Origin: Octopus sinensis
Taxonomy: Eukaryota
Direction of reading: 5' to 3'
Assembly: GCF_006345805.1 (NCBI RefSeq)
Contig: NC_043000.1
Span: 111,786,001-111,850,000 of the forward strand
Length of the DNA: 64,000 nt
The notes beneath the pieces were generated by a model, which saw only the letters and a program-made list of their open reading frames with translations, was not told the origin of the DNA and searched no databases. Every line of letters starts with the position of its first letter. Position 1 is the stretch's first letter. Shown here piece after piece: positions 50,745 through 64,000 of the stretch. Made by a program: the position numbers and the translations under genes.

Positions 50745-52961
50745 GCACACACACACACGCATGCATATATATGTGTGTGTGTGTGAAAATACACGCGTAT
50801 TTATGAATTATTTCATGGCAAAAATAAACACCAGTGCTCTATACATACATACCCTTGTGATACAGCCTGATGCGCGTACACATAAACATATATACACACG
50901 CGTATACATACATGTCATGCACTAAGGTAAACAAGCATTACACCATATTATGTAATGAAGGTTCGGGTAAATTGTGTGAGTGCTTGTGTGTATGTATATA
51001 TGTGTGTGTGTGTGTGTATATATATATATACGCGCGCGTGTGCACACAGAATATGCATTTGTGTTTGTATATATTTTCAGTTTTGTGTCTTTTGTTCGTT
51101 GTCATTGCTGCTAAATGGTGCAATGGGGTTCCCAAACGACCAAAGCCAATCTGTCTGTTTGGCAGACCCATCACATTTCTAGATAGCTGCCCTTCATTCA
51201 TTCTTTAGTGGGTCGTCGTGATGTATAAAGCCAGGGCTCTTATCTCATGCTATATATTGTATATGTGTGTATATATATATGCGTGTCTGTGTGTGTGTGC
51301 TGTATCGTCTTTTTCTATGTATTGGTCACATAATTAAGTTCGTTAATTTGTTTTGATAATTAAATCAGATCTCTTTATATCACGCTTGTGTGTGTTACTG
51401 TGTGTGTGTGTTATTGTTTGTATGTGTGTGCAATTGCTATGACTGCAGTGTGTATATTATTGTAAAAGTATGTATATATGTCATGACAGTTGTGTATATG
51501 TGTGTGTGTGATTGTCATGACAGTAGTGTGTGTGTGTATATGTGTTATTATAAGAGTGTTAATTATGACAGTAGCGCGTGTGTGTGTGTATGAGCTTTTG
51601 TATGACATGTCTGTTATTGTCGAGACGTTTGTGTGTGTTGTGTGATGTTGTTGTTACTCTCGTCTGCAAGTGTTTTTGTTTTGCCTTTATAGCCCAGGAC
51701 AGTTCTGATCGAACAGGCCTTTTCATCAAAGAGTTCCAACCAGAACCATCACTCTTAACTTCGCATTTCTTACCCATACAACGAAAACAGGAAAATATTA
51801 CATGAGGGTGATTTAGCTGCTCTTTTAGCAACCCGGGCAACCACATTGAAATCGCGTTTGGTTAACTGTGGTGGTTGTTTCTGAGGAGGGCGAGATCTTA
51901 CACGAAAGGCCCTGGGTTCGTTATCGATCGAAATCGGACGATTATATCGAGATCTCTTGAAATAATAGAACAGAAGCCAAAAGCAATATAAAATATAAAT
52001 GACATTTGCTATCCTTATTAAAATATTGTGAATTTTATAATATCTTATTTATAGATTTTTGCCTCGTCCTAATTTTGTCGTGACACTCCGTCTGTCATTT
52101 GTTATTGTTGAAATCACAGGTTGGGCTTGACCATACAAACTTGTATATTCAAAGACTTTCCAGTCGTGACCAAACCGTATTTTTCTTTTTGTTGGTATTC
52201 AGACATTGTGTCAATAACATTGCATTGTTGTATGTGTCCTTCGTTTTTTAAGATGCTAAGATGTCATACGAGGGAGATTCAGCTACTATTTTAAGTAGGT
52301 CGAGACAGCATATATGAAGCTGTTTAGTTCTTATTGAACAGACAATGAAGAGCGTTACAGCCGTGACCTTCCAGGCCCATTTTACCCTGGGGCCAAGTTA
52401 TTCAATGTGTCTTTTCTCAGACAGTAGGGTCTGATTTGGGAGGGATTTGACTGCTATTTTTAATAGGGTTAAACGGTCACCTAGTGGCTACTATCGATTG
52501 TGGTTGGGTGGCCACCGTTGGATAGCCACCCGCCATCAATAATAACCCAAATTAAAGTACACACACACGTTCGGCCAAACACCCCAATCTGAATACATCG
52601 GGTAGATTTCCCCACTTCACGTCAAGTAGGCAACAAGGCCATACCCGTTGATGTCCTTGCTGGATGGTGGGTAGCTTACCCACCCGTCGATGAGAGTGGG
52701 CAAGGGTCAGCATCTTTTGTTTGGCGGCTGGCTACCCCGAAAAGTACAGAAATAATAATCTACCCTGGTTAAGTCGGTAAGAAGAACAACGACAAACGTC
52801 AACGATAGCCTTGAATGTTTGTAAACAACAACGCTCCGCCACCACCACTTCCACCATCTCCACCACCGTCATCATCATCGTCGTCGTCGTCGTCATTAGT
52901 CAGCCACCTTGCAGCAGCTGTTACTGTAGTGGTGGTATTATTATTATTATTTTTTTTGGTG

Positions 52962-52994
<33 letters not shown>

Positions 52995-53125
52995 ACAGTA
53001 GTAGTAGTAGTACTGCTGTTGCTGCTGCTTCTTAATATTCTAGAACATTCGGAACTTTGTATTGTTTTGTTTTGGTTTGGTTTCACGTGTTTTTGGTGTT
53101 ATGGATGTGTATGCGTATGGGTGTG

Positions 53126-53160
<35 letters not shown>

Positions 53161-53289
53161 ATTTGTACATATTTAGGTGTGTGCCTGTGTATATATCTTT
53201 GTGAATGTATATTTTTGTGTTTATATAAATGTGTATATATGTATATATATATAGAGAGAGAGAGAGATAGATATATAATAGATATATAA

Positions 53290-53371
53290 CAGATATATAT
53301 ATAGATATAGATAGGTAGATAGACAGATAGATAGATAGACAGACAGATAGATAGGTAGATAGATAGGTAGG

Positions 53372-53425
<54 letters not shown>
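53290..53425. repeat. (ATAG)n tetranucleotide microsatellite
   Basis: Direct inspection. Confidence 0.95.
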
Positions 53426-55075
53426 TAGAGAGAGAAATTGTATAGGGCTCAGGTGCGCTACAGTAAATAAATATATATACATACACACACACACATATTG
53501 TGCGTGTATATTTGTGTTTGATTGAGTATATGTTTGTATTTATATGTGTGTGTACATATTTCTGTGTGTATATGTTTGTGTTGGTCGCACTTTTATTTCA
53601 ATTTCGCTGTTTAAACCCCGATCAACCATCAGCCCTGATCGAGCAAAGCTCTGATCAAAAGCATTCCAATCGCGACCATCCCGTCTTGGTAGCTGTACAG
53701 TATCCAAGGAACACATTATATAAGCTGTCCTTCTGGCTGGATGTGTTTTGGCTGCTTGTTCTTGCAAATGTAGTGACCACATAGAAACACCTTCGTTCTT
53801 TCTCTGAATGTTAACAGTACTTTTATAGAATTTGTGTGTGTGTGTTTGTGTATGTCGTGTGTATATTATGTGTTGTGTGTGTCTGTGAATGTCGTTTGTG
53901 TGTTGTGTTATGCTTTGTGAAGTATGTGTGCAGTTATGTGTGTGTTGGCATACGATATGGGTGTGTGTGTGTACTGCTACTAAATATATGTGTGGTATGT
54001 TGCTAACATTCTTGGTATGTGTGTGTGTATATGCAGTGGGTATACTTATGTTGCTAACGTTTTTGGTATGTGTGGTGTGTGTGTATGCTAAAGATACTAC
54101 CACTACTACTACCCCTCTTGTTGCACCATTAAGTGCACGTTTGTGTTCCTGCTGTATAAAACGGGCTTCTCTGTTGCATTTGCTTTGAGGCATCGTGTTG
54201 TTGTTGGTGTTTGTTTTCCCCTCTTGCTTTTGTCTTTAGTGTTTCTATGCTGTTCGTTCCTGTTCTTCTGCTCAATCTAATCCCAGCTATTCATTTGTAT
54301 TCCGTCTCGCGCTCTTCCCTCTAATACAAGCATAGACATTTTTTTTACTAGAAGCGGGCCGCATGAGACAGGTGGGCTGCGCTACTACTAAAAAAAATGA
54401 TTAAAGGTAAATATTCTCTGGCATGCCATTCAGAAAATCCCACGGGTCACAGTTTGCTTATGACTGATCAAATGTCTTGAGGTCTTGTGACCCAAAGTCG
54501 ATAGAGCGTCGGACAAAATACTTTGTGGTCTTTAGTCATGTCCGTTTTATGTTCTGGGTTCAAATCCTCTGAGGTCAACATTGCCTTTTATCCTTCCTGG
54601 GTCTATTAAAATAACTTATTAGTCAAATACTGAAGTATTTAAACATCTGGTTTTGTGCCTATATAAGAGGGCCTTATTATAATTAACAGAGTGGTGAGCT
54701 AGCAGAAATGGTAGAGCATCGGAACAAAATGACTTGCAGGATTTCTTTTGACTCAGTACGAGTCCTGTTGAGTCCTGGGGCTGATGTAATCGATTAAACT
54801 TCTCTCCCTAAAAATTACTGACTGCAGGCCAAAACCTGAAGCCGTTACTATGTCTAAAATTAAAATTAAAAAAAAAAAAACGACTGTAAATGACCCGTCA
54901 CTGGTCAACCTTGTGGCATGTAAAAGAAATCCCTTCTCTTTCGTTGCATTTCTCCCCCACCCTCACCGATTTTTGAGGGGTTTTTACACCAAATTTTATG
55001 TGAAACTCCAAACTGTTACTGGTTTTTGAAAAATGCCCCTCATCTAATGCCCCTGTAGCAAGTAAAAGAAATTAT

Positions 55076-55555
55076 CATTATTGTGCAAGAGAGCAGCACA
55101 TGCCATCAAAGTGACATTGGGGAAAAATATACAACACCCAATATACCTATCATGACTACCCGTCTGATAAGGGTACTCTAGGGATATGCATCACAACTAC
55201 ATGTGCGTGACATGGTGAACTTGTATCAAGATAAACAGCAAATGTCCTTGCAGGTGGGGCCCTGTTGAAATTTTCTTAAGGTTGAGTAGCCCATCTGCTC
55301 AAGCGGTCACCGAATAAGGGTTGTTTAAGGATGATGAACAAAACATTGATGTTTCCAGGAGTGAAATATTCAAACCCCAAAGAATCCCTCTCAACTCATG
55401 GCTATGATGCTCCCCCACTACTTCTGCTTGTGATCAGAGATGCAGCATATCGTCGGCCACTAAGGGACATGCTCAACTGGTTTTAAAGTCAAACAACTGA
55501 CAAGCAAATCTGTGGTATTGAGCAGAATATTTGTTGTTGCCCATCTTTTATAGCA
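55076..55555 (-). mobile_element. Family D (TAA)n-tailed repeat
   Basis: Homologous to 27203-27670. Confidence 0.75.
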
Positions 55556-56441
55556 AGACAAAACTTTTTAGCCATGTTGGTAGTTGGGTGCCGATGCTTC
55601 CAAATTTACCAATTACTGACATGTTTGGAAGTATTATCATCATCATTATTATTAAAGTGGTGAGCTGGCTGAATTATTAGCATGCTTAGTGGCATTTCAT
55701 CTATCCTTACATTCTGAGTTCAAATTCCGGTGAGGTTGACTTTGCCTTTTATCCTTTTGGGGTTGATAAATTAATTACTAGTGAAATACTGGGGTCGATG
55801 TAATCAACTAGTCCCCTCCCCACAAAATTTCAGGCCTTGCGCCTTTGGAAAAAAGGATTATTATTATTATTATTAAGCTTGCTTACTTCCCAATCATATG
55901 GTCTTGTCTTTAGTTCCATGGAACAGCACCTCGGGCAAGTGCCTTCTACTATAGCCCCAAGGTTTCCAACCAAAGCCTTGTGAGTGGATTTATTATTATT
56001 AATGCAGTGAGCTGGCAGAATCATTAGCATGCCAGGCAAAATGCTTAGCAGTATTTCGTCTGCCACTATGTTCTGAGTTCAAATTCCATTGAGGTCAACT
56101 TCACTTTTCATCCTTTCGGGTCTAATAAATTAAGTACCAGTTAGTACTGGGGTCGATGTAATTAATTGCCCCCCCTCCCCACAAAATCCAGGCCTTGTAC
56201 CTACAGTAGAAAGGATTATTCTTATTGTTATTACCACTACTATTGCTAGTGAACTAGCAAGAGAGCCTCTAGGGAGTTGTTCTATCTACTAGAAATAGCA
56301 GCCAAATCTTCAAGTCACACACCACCTCTTCGAAAAAGATGGGCAAATGGAACAAACTTGGAAATCCAAAAGGCTGAGGTGGCTTTCCATGTAGGTCTGG
56401 ATCAAGGTTGACTTTGAGCTACAGGCAATAGTTTACATGTT

Positions 56442-56496
<55 letters not shown>

Positions 56497-59239
56497 CCAG
56501 TATTTTCAGATGTACAATGTTCTGAGATGGATGGATGGTGGTGGTGGGTGGTGGTCATTTTGATGATGATGACAATGATGTTGATAATAGTGCAGGTGAT
56601 GATGGTAGTGGTGCTGGTGGTGGTGATGATGATGACAATAATGTGATAATGGTGATGAAGGATAAAGAGGATAATGGTGATCATGGCATTGTTGTTATTT
56701 AACCCTAGAAGCATTCTATGTAAATCAAGGACTACATAATCCAATGTGTCACCTTATTTTTGAAATGTTTCGGATATGATTTCAGGAAGATTAATGCTGA
56801 TACAGACACCCCCACACTCTCTCTTTCTCTCCTTGTTGTTACTCTTTCCTTCCTTCTCTCTCTCTCTCCACTCTTCTCTTTGTCCCCCTCTCTGCCCCCC
56901 CCCCACCCCACTAAGAGGACATCTATGTTAGCTCATGATTACAGAATCACTAAAAACATCATCAAAATGACCACCATCACCACCACCACCAAATAGCCAT
57001 TACTTCCAAGTGACAGCTATGCTGTATATTTTAACCTAAAATTATTTTAAATTACAGAAAATTCCTTGGTTTTTCCTATTCAGCCATCTTGGTCTAACTG
57101 TTTTAGTTCACTATTGTCATTTTATCTCTTGACTGCACTGGCCATTGGTGGCTTGGACATAATGTTCTGATGATCAGGTGATTAGCTTTCGCCATTGGCA
57201 TCAATGCTGAATTTCAGCTCAGATTTCAAAGAGCACAAACAATATCTGCAAACAAAGTACCTCATCCAGAGTTCAAAAAATTTTATAGATTGGCCACTGG
57301 CCTGGACAGATACTTTATTTAGTGACCCCCTCCGGCTCCCCTCCTTAAAGATGTTAAGTACCTTGATCATAGGCAGAGTAGCACCATGTCACAATGTGAT
57401 GCCCTCTTACAGCTAAATAGACTGGGCTGTTGAAAATTACCTATACCACAATTACCTATAAGTACAGTGTGGTACATACTTACAGCTAGATAGACTGAGC
57501 TGTTCAATTTTAAGTGTTTCTGAGTTGAAATCCCTCGGTGGATTTTAAATTAGAAATGCAGAGAGCCAAAATCAATACCACAAGGTATTTTATCAAAGAC
57601 AATCACAACTCTACCAATTCGTTAATTTTTTTAAAGAATTAATTACTTTGTATTCAATAAATAAACTTTAGACATCAAGAGATTATATTTAGATTTTTCA
57701 GTTTTTGTGTTTTTTTTTTAAATCTGATAATACAGTTTTCACAGCAGACTTCAGTAGATCTGATAATGATGATTCTGTGATGTGTCACATTGCTCTGTAT
57801 GGGAACCCACTATCTTAGACAAACGGTGGAGAGGTGGTGCCTGTCGTCTTCTCTGGGTCACCGTGACTGAAAAGAAAAGCTGGAAGCAGCCATAATACAC
57901 AGGTTGCAGTTAGAAGAAGCAGCATCGGAAGATACGGAATTATTTCCAAACCTCATTTTGAATATTTATAAATGAATGAACTTCACTAAAAAATATCCGA
58001 GGAACAGGTGCAAGCATAAAACTAAATAACAAGATAAGTTTACTGCACATAAATAAGACTGGATTCTGCACAGCTTTTGATGCTACTGCAGTATCCATAG
58101 TCTGCACTGCGAAATGACCTGATCTGGTTTAGGATTAAGGGTTAGTTCAGGTTTGGGGTTAGGGTAAGGGTTAAGATTTAGGATTTAAGGTTAAGATTAG
58201 ACTGTGTGCTAAAGTGTAAATAAACAGGTCGACCGCACACTAAAGTTGTGCCCAGTTGTCATCTATCAAATTTCATAACCCACTACTGTGATTGAAGATA
58301 CTTGCTCAAGGTGCCAGTTTATTTATAGCAAATCGCTAACAGCTACACCTCCCCCTTCCTCTTCACTTTTCACTCCAACTCAGTGTCTTACTTCTCTCTT
58401 TCTTTATCTCTCTCCTCCTCCTTACACATTGTCATTATTTCACCTCGCCTCTTACTCTTCCCCCCCAGTCGCTCTCTCTCTCCCAGACACTGTTTCTCTT
58501 CGTTTCTATCTACCTCACCCTCCATTCCCTTTTGTAGCTTTAGTGCATATAATGGAGAGGTGTATATCAGGAAGTATATTATTATACACCTGAATATTTG
58601 TATGTATATCGCAAGAGACATGTATACATAATAAGCATATATACATGATCATATACATGCATACATACATATCGTCAGTTCCAGCTTGTATCTGAGCATT
58701 GGGTTCGTCAGCTTCCATGCAGTCTCCTCAGCTGATGTTTGTGCCGAAAGTGACTTTGGAGTCCAAGTCAGTGGTGAAAGAGTTATGGGCAGAACTCGCT
58801 CAAGATGGCCAATGCAGGTCAAGGATGTTGAAGACGCTCCTTTCTTTTCCTGCGTTTTGCCGCCTCATTCTGTTGTCTGTTCTGCTCAAAGGAGCTGGCT
58901 CCATTACAGATAGCAGTCCTCCAGGTTGTCCTATCCATGGCAATCTGTTCCCACGAGGATGGCTGGATGTTAGCTTCAGCCAAGGTCTGTTTGAGCTGGT
59001 TTTTAAAATGGAATTTCGGACCTCCGTTGAAACGACATATAAGTGGTCGGTGAGAAGACAGAAGAAAACCAATCCAACCAAAAAGACAATCAACAACACA
59101 CTTTCCGATTTCTCCTCACCTGGTGACTCCTTGTGTGAGTCCCCAGGCCACCGAAAGTTATATATTCTTCTATTCTGCGGCCATGCTGGAGCACCGCCTA
59201 TAGTCAAACAGATTGATCCCAAGACTTATTCTGTGTAAA

Positions 59240-59354
59240 CCTAGCACTTATTCTTTCAGTCTCTTTTGCCGAACCACTAAGTTATGGGGACATAAGCACA
59301 CAACAGCAGTTGTCAAGCGATGGTTGGGGGCCAGGCAAACATAAACACACAAAC

Positions 59355-59396
<42 letters not shown>

Positions 59397-59570
59397 CACA
59401 CACACACAACAGGCTTCTTTCAGTTTCCATCTACCAAATCCACTCACAAGGCTTTGGTCAGCCCGAGGCTATAGTAAAAGACACTTGTCCAAGGTGCCAC
59501 ACAGTGGGACTGAACCTAGAACCATGTGGCTCGTAAGCAAGCTACTTACCACACAGCCACACCTGTGCCA
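59240..59570 (-). mobile_element. Family B SINE, full length
   Basis: Reverse complement of the 19051-19450 architecture. Confidence 0.85.
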
Positions 59571-59595
59571 ATATATATATATATATATACACACA

Positions 59596-60477
59596 CATGG
59601 TGGTATCAAAAGGTTACTGGACTAGTCATGTTTAATAACTTATTAAATTTTAACCTCGTCTCCTTCAAAATAGTCATCTTGTGCAGCAATACACCAGCCC
59701 CAACATTCCTGCAATCTTTGGAGTGCAGCCTGGAAGTCGTCTTTTGCAAGCTGGTCGAAGACCTTCTGCGATTTGCTCAGGATTTCAGCAGCAGTGTTAA
59801 AATGATGATTTTTCAGCTGCATCTTCATCTTGGGGAAGAGTTGTTAATCAACAGGTGCTAAATCTGGTGAATAGGGCAGGTGCACCCACCTATATTAATT
59901 TTGGCAAGTAACACAGGAGTGAGGAGAGCTCAGCGAAGAATCCACTCCTTCATGTTCCACCGATTTGGTTACTTTTGCCAAATGTTCTCCCTCAGATGCT
60001 TCAAAAGGATGCAGTAAAACTCTTGATTGTCTCTCGCCCTGGGGGACGAATTCTTGATGCACAATACCACATTTCCAGAGGTGATGCATGTGGCGGGTCT
60101 TCCAGATTGCTCATCATCTTCCAGAAATGTTCTTCCACTTTTGAAGCACCTGTGCCATTCGAAGCCTTGTATACGACCCATTGCATTATTGCTATAAGCT
60201 TACCAAAGCATGCTCATTTCCTCTGTAGCAGACTTCCCAAGTTTAACACAAAATTTCACGTTAGTTCTTTGTTCCTGTCCATGGCAAAATTGAAGACTAC
60301 AGCAGACACAGGATCACAGAAACACAAATTTCTACAAATTGCAAAGTAAAGATAGCAATGTCACTGAGCACACTGCTTCATGAAGGTCACTGTTAGCTCT
60401 CACTGCACATGCAACCATGTGCTGCCCTCTGTTGGTATGCTACAGAACTAGTCCAGGAACATTTTGATACCACCTCG
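59596..60477 (-). mobile_element. Internally deleted mariner element
   Basis: ~31-bp TIRs (ggtggtatcaaaa[g/t]gtt[a/c]ctggactagt) with TA after the right TIR. Translations FEWHRCFKSGRTFLEDDEQSGRP and ECWGWCIAAQDDYFEGD. Confidence 0.9.
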
Positions 60478-60707
60478 TAAGTGTAACAAATCAGAAAGTT
60501 GGAAAACTTTTTAGTCTTATTATTCAACATGACACGTGTTTCATGCAGAATTTCTAATTAGAAATTTCTAGATGTTTATCCACCATGTACAACTTTGTGA
60601 TTCCTATTAGCAAATGAAACATGTGTAATGGGGACAACACGGAAAAAAAATCTGTTTGTTGTTTACACACCCATCTTCATCTTTTAGCTTTTTTGTAATT
60701 TCCAACT

Positions 60708-60739
<32 letters not shown>

Positions 60740-61322
60740 TTATCATCTGTTGTCCAAGCTGGCATGGGTTGGACAGTTTCTCCAGAGCTAGCAAGCTGGA
60801 GAGCTGCACCAAGTTCCTGTCCGATTTGGTTTGGTTTCTACAGCTTGATGCCCTTCTTAATGCCGAGTACTTTTAGCATGGCCCTGGCATCAGTCCTTTT
60901 TATGTGGCACTGGCCCATTTTCTTGTAGTCTTAACACCTCTGCTGTGAAGAACTGGTCTTCTTGCATACAACAAGGGGCCAGGAATCTCAGTCCTTTGTC
61001 ATCTTATCTGAAAGGTTCAGCATCCTGAGGTCATCCTTCAGTACCTCATGCCATATCTTTCTGGGTCCCCCTCTTCTATGACTTCCACTTTGAGAGATTG
61101 GCACTTCTAAACAGAGCTATTGGCATCTGTCCACATCTGCATACACACACACACACACATACATAATTGTGTGTATGTGTATATGTATGTATGTCTCACC
61201 TATGCCAGCATGGAAGGCGGACATTAAATGAGGATGACAATGATCATACATACATACACACACACATACATATATACATGATAGAATTTTATATATACAT
61301 ATATACATGATAGAATTTTATA

Positions 61323-61358
<36 letters not shown>

Positions 61359-61361
<3 letters not shown>

Positions 61362-61588
61362 AAGTTGGCCAAAAGTCACCTGACAGTAAACCAAAACCAT
61401 TTAATTCCTAGATTTATGTTTAACAACTGAATGAATTTTAATAAAAGCATCTAAATATGAAACATCATGAAAATTGGTCAAACTGAAGTCCTTCTTGAGC
61501 AACAAATTTTCCATTCAAGTCAATACAGAATTACAGATATTATTTATGGAATCTTGGTTTACTGTTGGGTGACTTTTGGCCAGCCCTA
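61359..61588. mobile_element. Tc1-like MITE
   Basis: TIRs tggccaaaagtcacc..acagtaaacc / ggtttactgt..ggtgacttttggcca, in TA-rich flanks. Confidence 0.75.
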
Positions 61589-61756
61589 TATATATATATA
61601 TTCTGTTGTGTCTGGGGAGAGTCATTCTCTTTTAATGCCTTATAATTTAACACACTCATCGGTAAAGTTTCCACTCATTTACTTATTTTTCTAAAAATTT
61701 TTGTTGTGTCTTAAATAGTGCATGTGTTTATTTGGCAAAAAAAATAAGATACACAA

Positions 61757-61833
<77 letters not shown>

Positions 61834-61977
61834 TACATGATCACACACACACACACATATATATATATATACACACACATATACATGATCATATATATAT
61901 ATATATATATATATGATCACACACACAGATATATATTTATATAAATATATATATATATATATATATACATATATGAT

Positions 61978-62025
<48 letters not shown>

Positions 62026-62599
62026 TATACATACACATGTATACATATATATATATATATATATATCCCTCTCTCTTTCAGAGAGGCACAAGCACCTACA
62101 CGCACATATACACACACGGCAGTAACTTCCACCTACCGAATTCAATCACAAAGCTCCGGTCGGCTCGGGGCTATAGTGGAAGACACCTACCCAAAGTGCC
62201 ACGCAGTGGGACTGAACCCGAAACCATATCATGCATATGGTGCATGTGATCTCTATGTATAAACATGTATTTTCCATGAGGTGCATTAAGTACAATTGTG
62301 TGTAAGCATTGAACGGTTAACATGCCTACATGTATTTGTTGTATTAATGATCCGAATGGATGTACAATGATTTGTTTCCTAATCATCGTATGTATATTGC
62401 AGAAGCCATGTGTGTGTGCATTTGTGTATCTGTCTAGACATCTGATGATGGTTGCAAACAAGCATCCTTGTCATGAGAGCAAGACTATGCATTTCCAGTC
62501 ATCCGTGAAAAACATGTTTGGCCATGTTTACCTATTAAAAGATATTGAAACAAACACACACATACACACACACACACACACCACTGTTGACTGTTTTCA

Positions 62600-62835
62600 G
62601 TTTCTTATTTCTTTACTACCCACAAGGGGCTAAAAATAGAGGAGACAAACAAGGACAAATGGGTTAAGTCGATTACATCAACCCCAGTGTGTAACTGGTA
62701 CTTATTTAATCGACCCCGAAAGGATGAAAGGCAAGGTCGACCTCAGCGGAATCTGAACTCAGAACGTAGCGGTAGATGAAATACCACTAAGCATTTCGCC
62801 TGGCATGCTAATGTTTCTGCCATCTCACCGCCTTT
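62600..62835 (-). mobile_element. Family A SINE
   Basis: cgaccccgaaaggatgaaaggcaaggtcgacctc core. Confidence 0.85.
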
Positions 62836-63024
62836 AAGTTTCTGCCAACCAAATCTATTCAATGCTTTCACAGCCCCAGGGCTATAGTGGGAGACTCAAG
62901 AATGAAGTGCCATAGAATGGGACTGAACCTAAAACCATGGGGTTACTAAGCAAACTTCATGGCCAACTACATTACTAACTTCTCAATTCAATATTCATAT
63001 ATACATATACATGATAAACATGCA

Positions 63025-63330
63025 CACCTGTATCATCATCATCACCATTGTTTAACGTCCGTTTTCCATGCTGGCATGGGTTGGACGGTTTGACTGAGGA
63101 CTGGCAAGCCAGAAGGTCGCACCAGGCTCCAATCTGGTCTGGCATGGTTTCTGCAGCTGGATGCCCTTCCTAACGACAACCATTCAGAGAGTGTAGTGGG
63201 TACTTTTTACGTGCCATCCACATGGGAGCCAGTCAGGGGACACTGGCATTGGCCATGTTCGGATGGTGCTTTTTACATACCACAAGCATGAGAGGCAGTC
63301 AGGCGGCACTGACATCGGCCACAACTACAA
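63025..63330 (-). mobile_element. Family C element (another at 63745-64000)
   Basis: (CAT)n tail plus gtttaacgtccgttttccatgctggcatgggttggacgg. Confidence 0.8.
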
Positions 63331-64000
63331 TTTCCATTTTTTATTGTGATTTTGGTTTTTGATGATTATGTAAATATTCATACATTTAAAGACAGAGAAC
63401 TGGAAGAAACATTAGCAGACTGGGCGAAATGCTTAGTGGTATTTCATCCGTTTTTATGTTCTGAGTTCAAATTCTGCTGAGGTCAACTTTGCCTTTCATT
63501 CTTTTGGAGCCAATAAACATAAGTACCAGTTGCATACTGGGGTCGATCAAATCGACTGCCCACCCCTCCCCCAAAATTTCAGGCTTTGCACCTAGAGTAG
63601 AAAAGAATATTCATACATTTAACTTTATTACAGGACCACCATACATTTATGCAATCATGCACAAACACATATACACACACATATAAATTATAGATATGTG
63701 TAAGGTTGCAGGCATAGTTAAGAAGTGTATGGGTATAACATTTAGGTCATCATCATCATCATTTAATGTCCATGCTGGCATGGGTTGGACGGTTTGACCA
63801 GGGCTGGTAAACTGGAAGGCTGTACCAGACTCCAGTCTGATTTGGCATGGTTTTCTATGGCTGGATGCCCTTCCTAATGCCAACCACTCCATGAGTGCCA
63901 AGGGTGCTTTTACATGTCACTGGCACAGGTTCCATTTGCATGACACCAGTATCTGCCATGACTGCAATTTTGCTCAGCTTGATGGGTTGACTTTTCAAGC

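Noticed and set aside
52480-52790. Short hairpins (gggtggc/gccaccc, cccac/gtggg) as a ribozyme
   Set aside because: Could not fit HDV-like, twister or hammerhead topology by eye.
57170-58000. Unique-looking sequence with candidate small exons on either strand
   Set aside because: No consistent frame, strand or recognisable protein.

Overview
AT-rich, repeat-saturated metazoan DNA. The SINE/LINE families and the density of (TA)n/(CA)n tracts point to an octopod cephalopod; that assignment is recognition from memory, not a database search. I found no protein-coding host gene I can support: the track ORFs are microsatellite translations, shadow ORFs over GC-rich rDNA, or decayed transposon fragments. 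The dominant anomaly is a 6675-bp GC/CpG-rich rDNA block (7833-14507, minus strand) that splits a SINE and is bounded by an exact 33-bp direct repeat. It carries the 3' ~2 kb of 28S, the 3' ETS and a hierarchically repeated IGS. Within the spacer (11788-11981) are rearranged copies of the 28S R1/R2 target region, one with a 36-nt deletion ending exactly at the R2 cleavage position, grading into a 140-bp tandem array that shares motifs with them. The rest of the window holds RTE, R4/Dong-like and Hero-like LINE relics, two mariner relics, two Helitron-like elements, hAT/Tc2/Tc1/Merlin-like MITEs, a probable solo LTR and many tRNA-derived SINEs. There are also long palindromes, one carrying a pair of minimal hammerhead-like motifs, and an unidentified 221-codon decayed reading frame.
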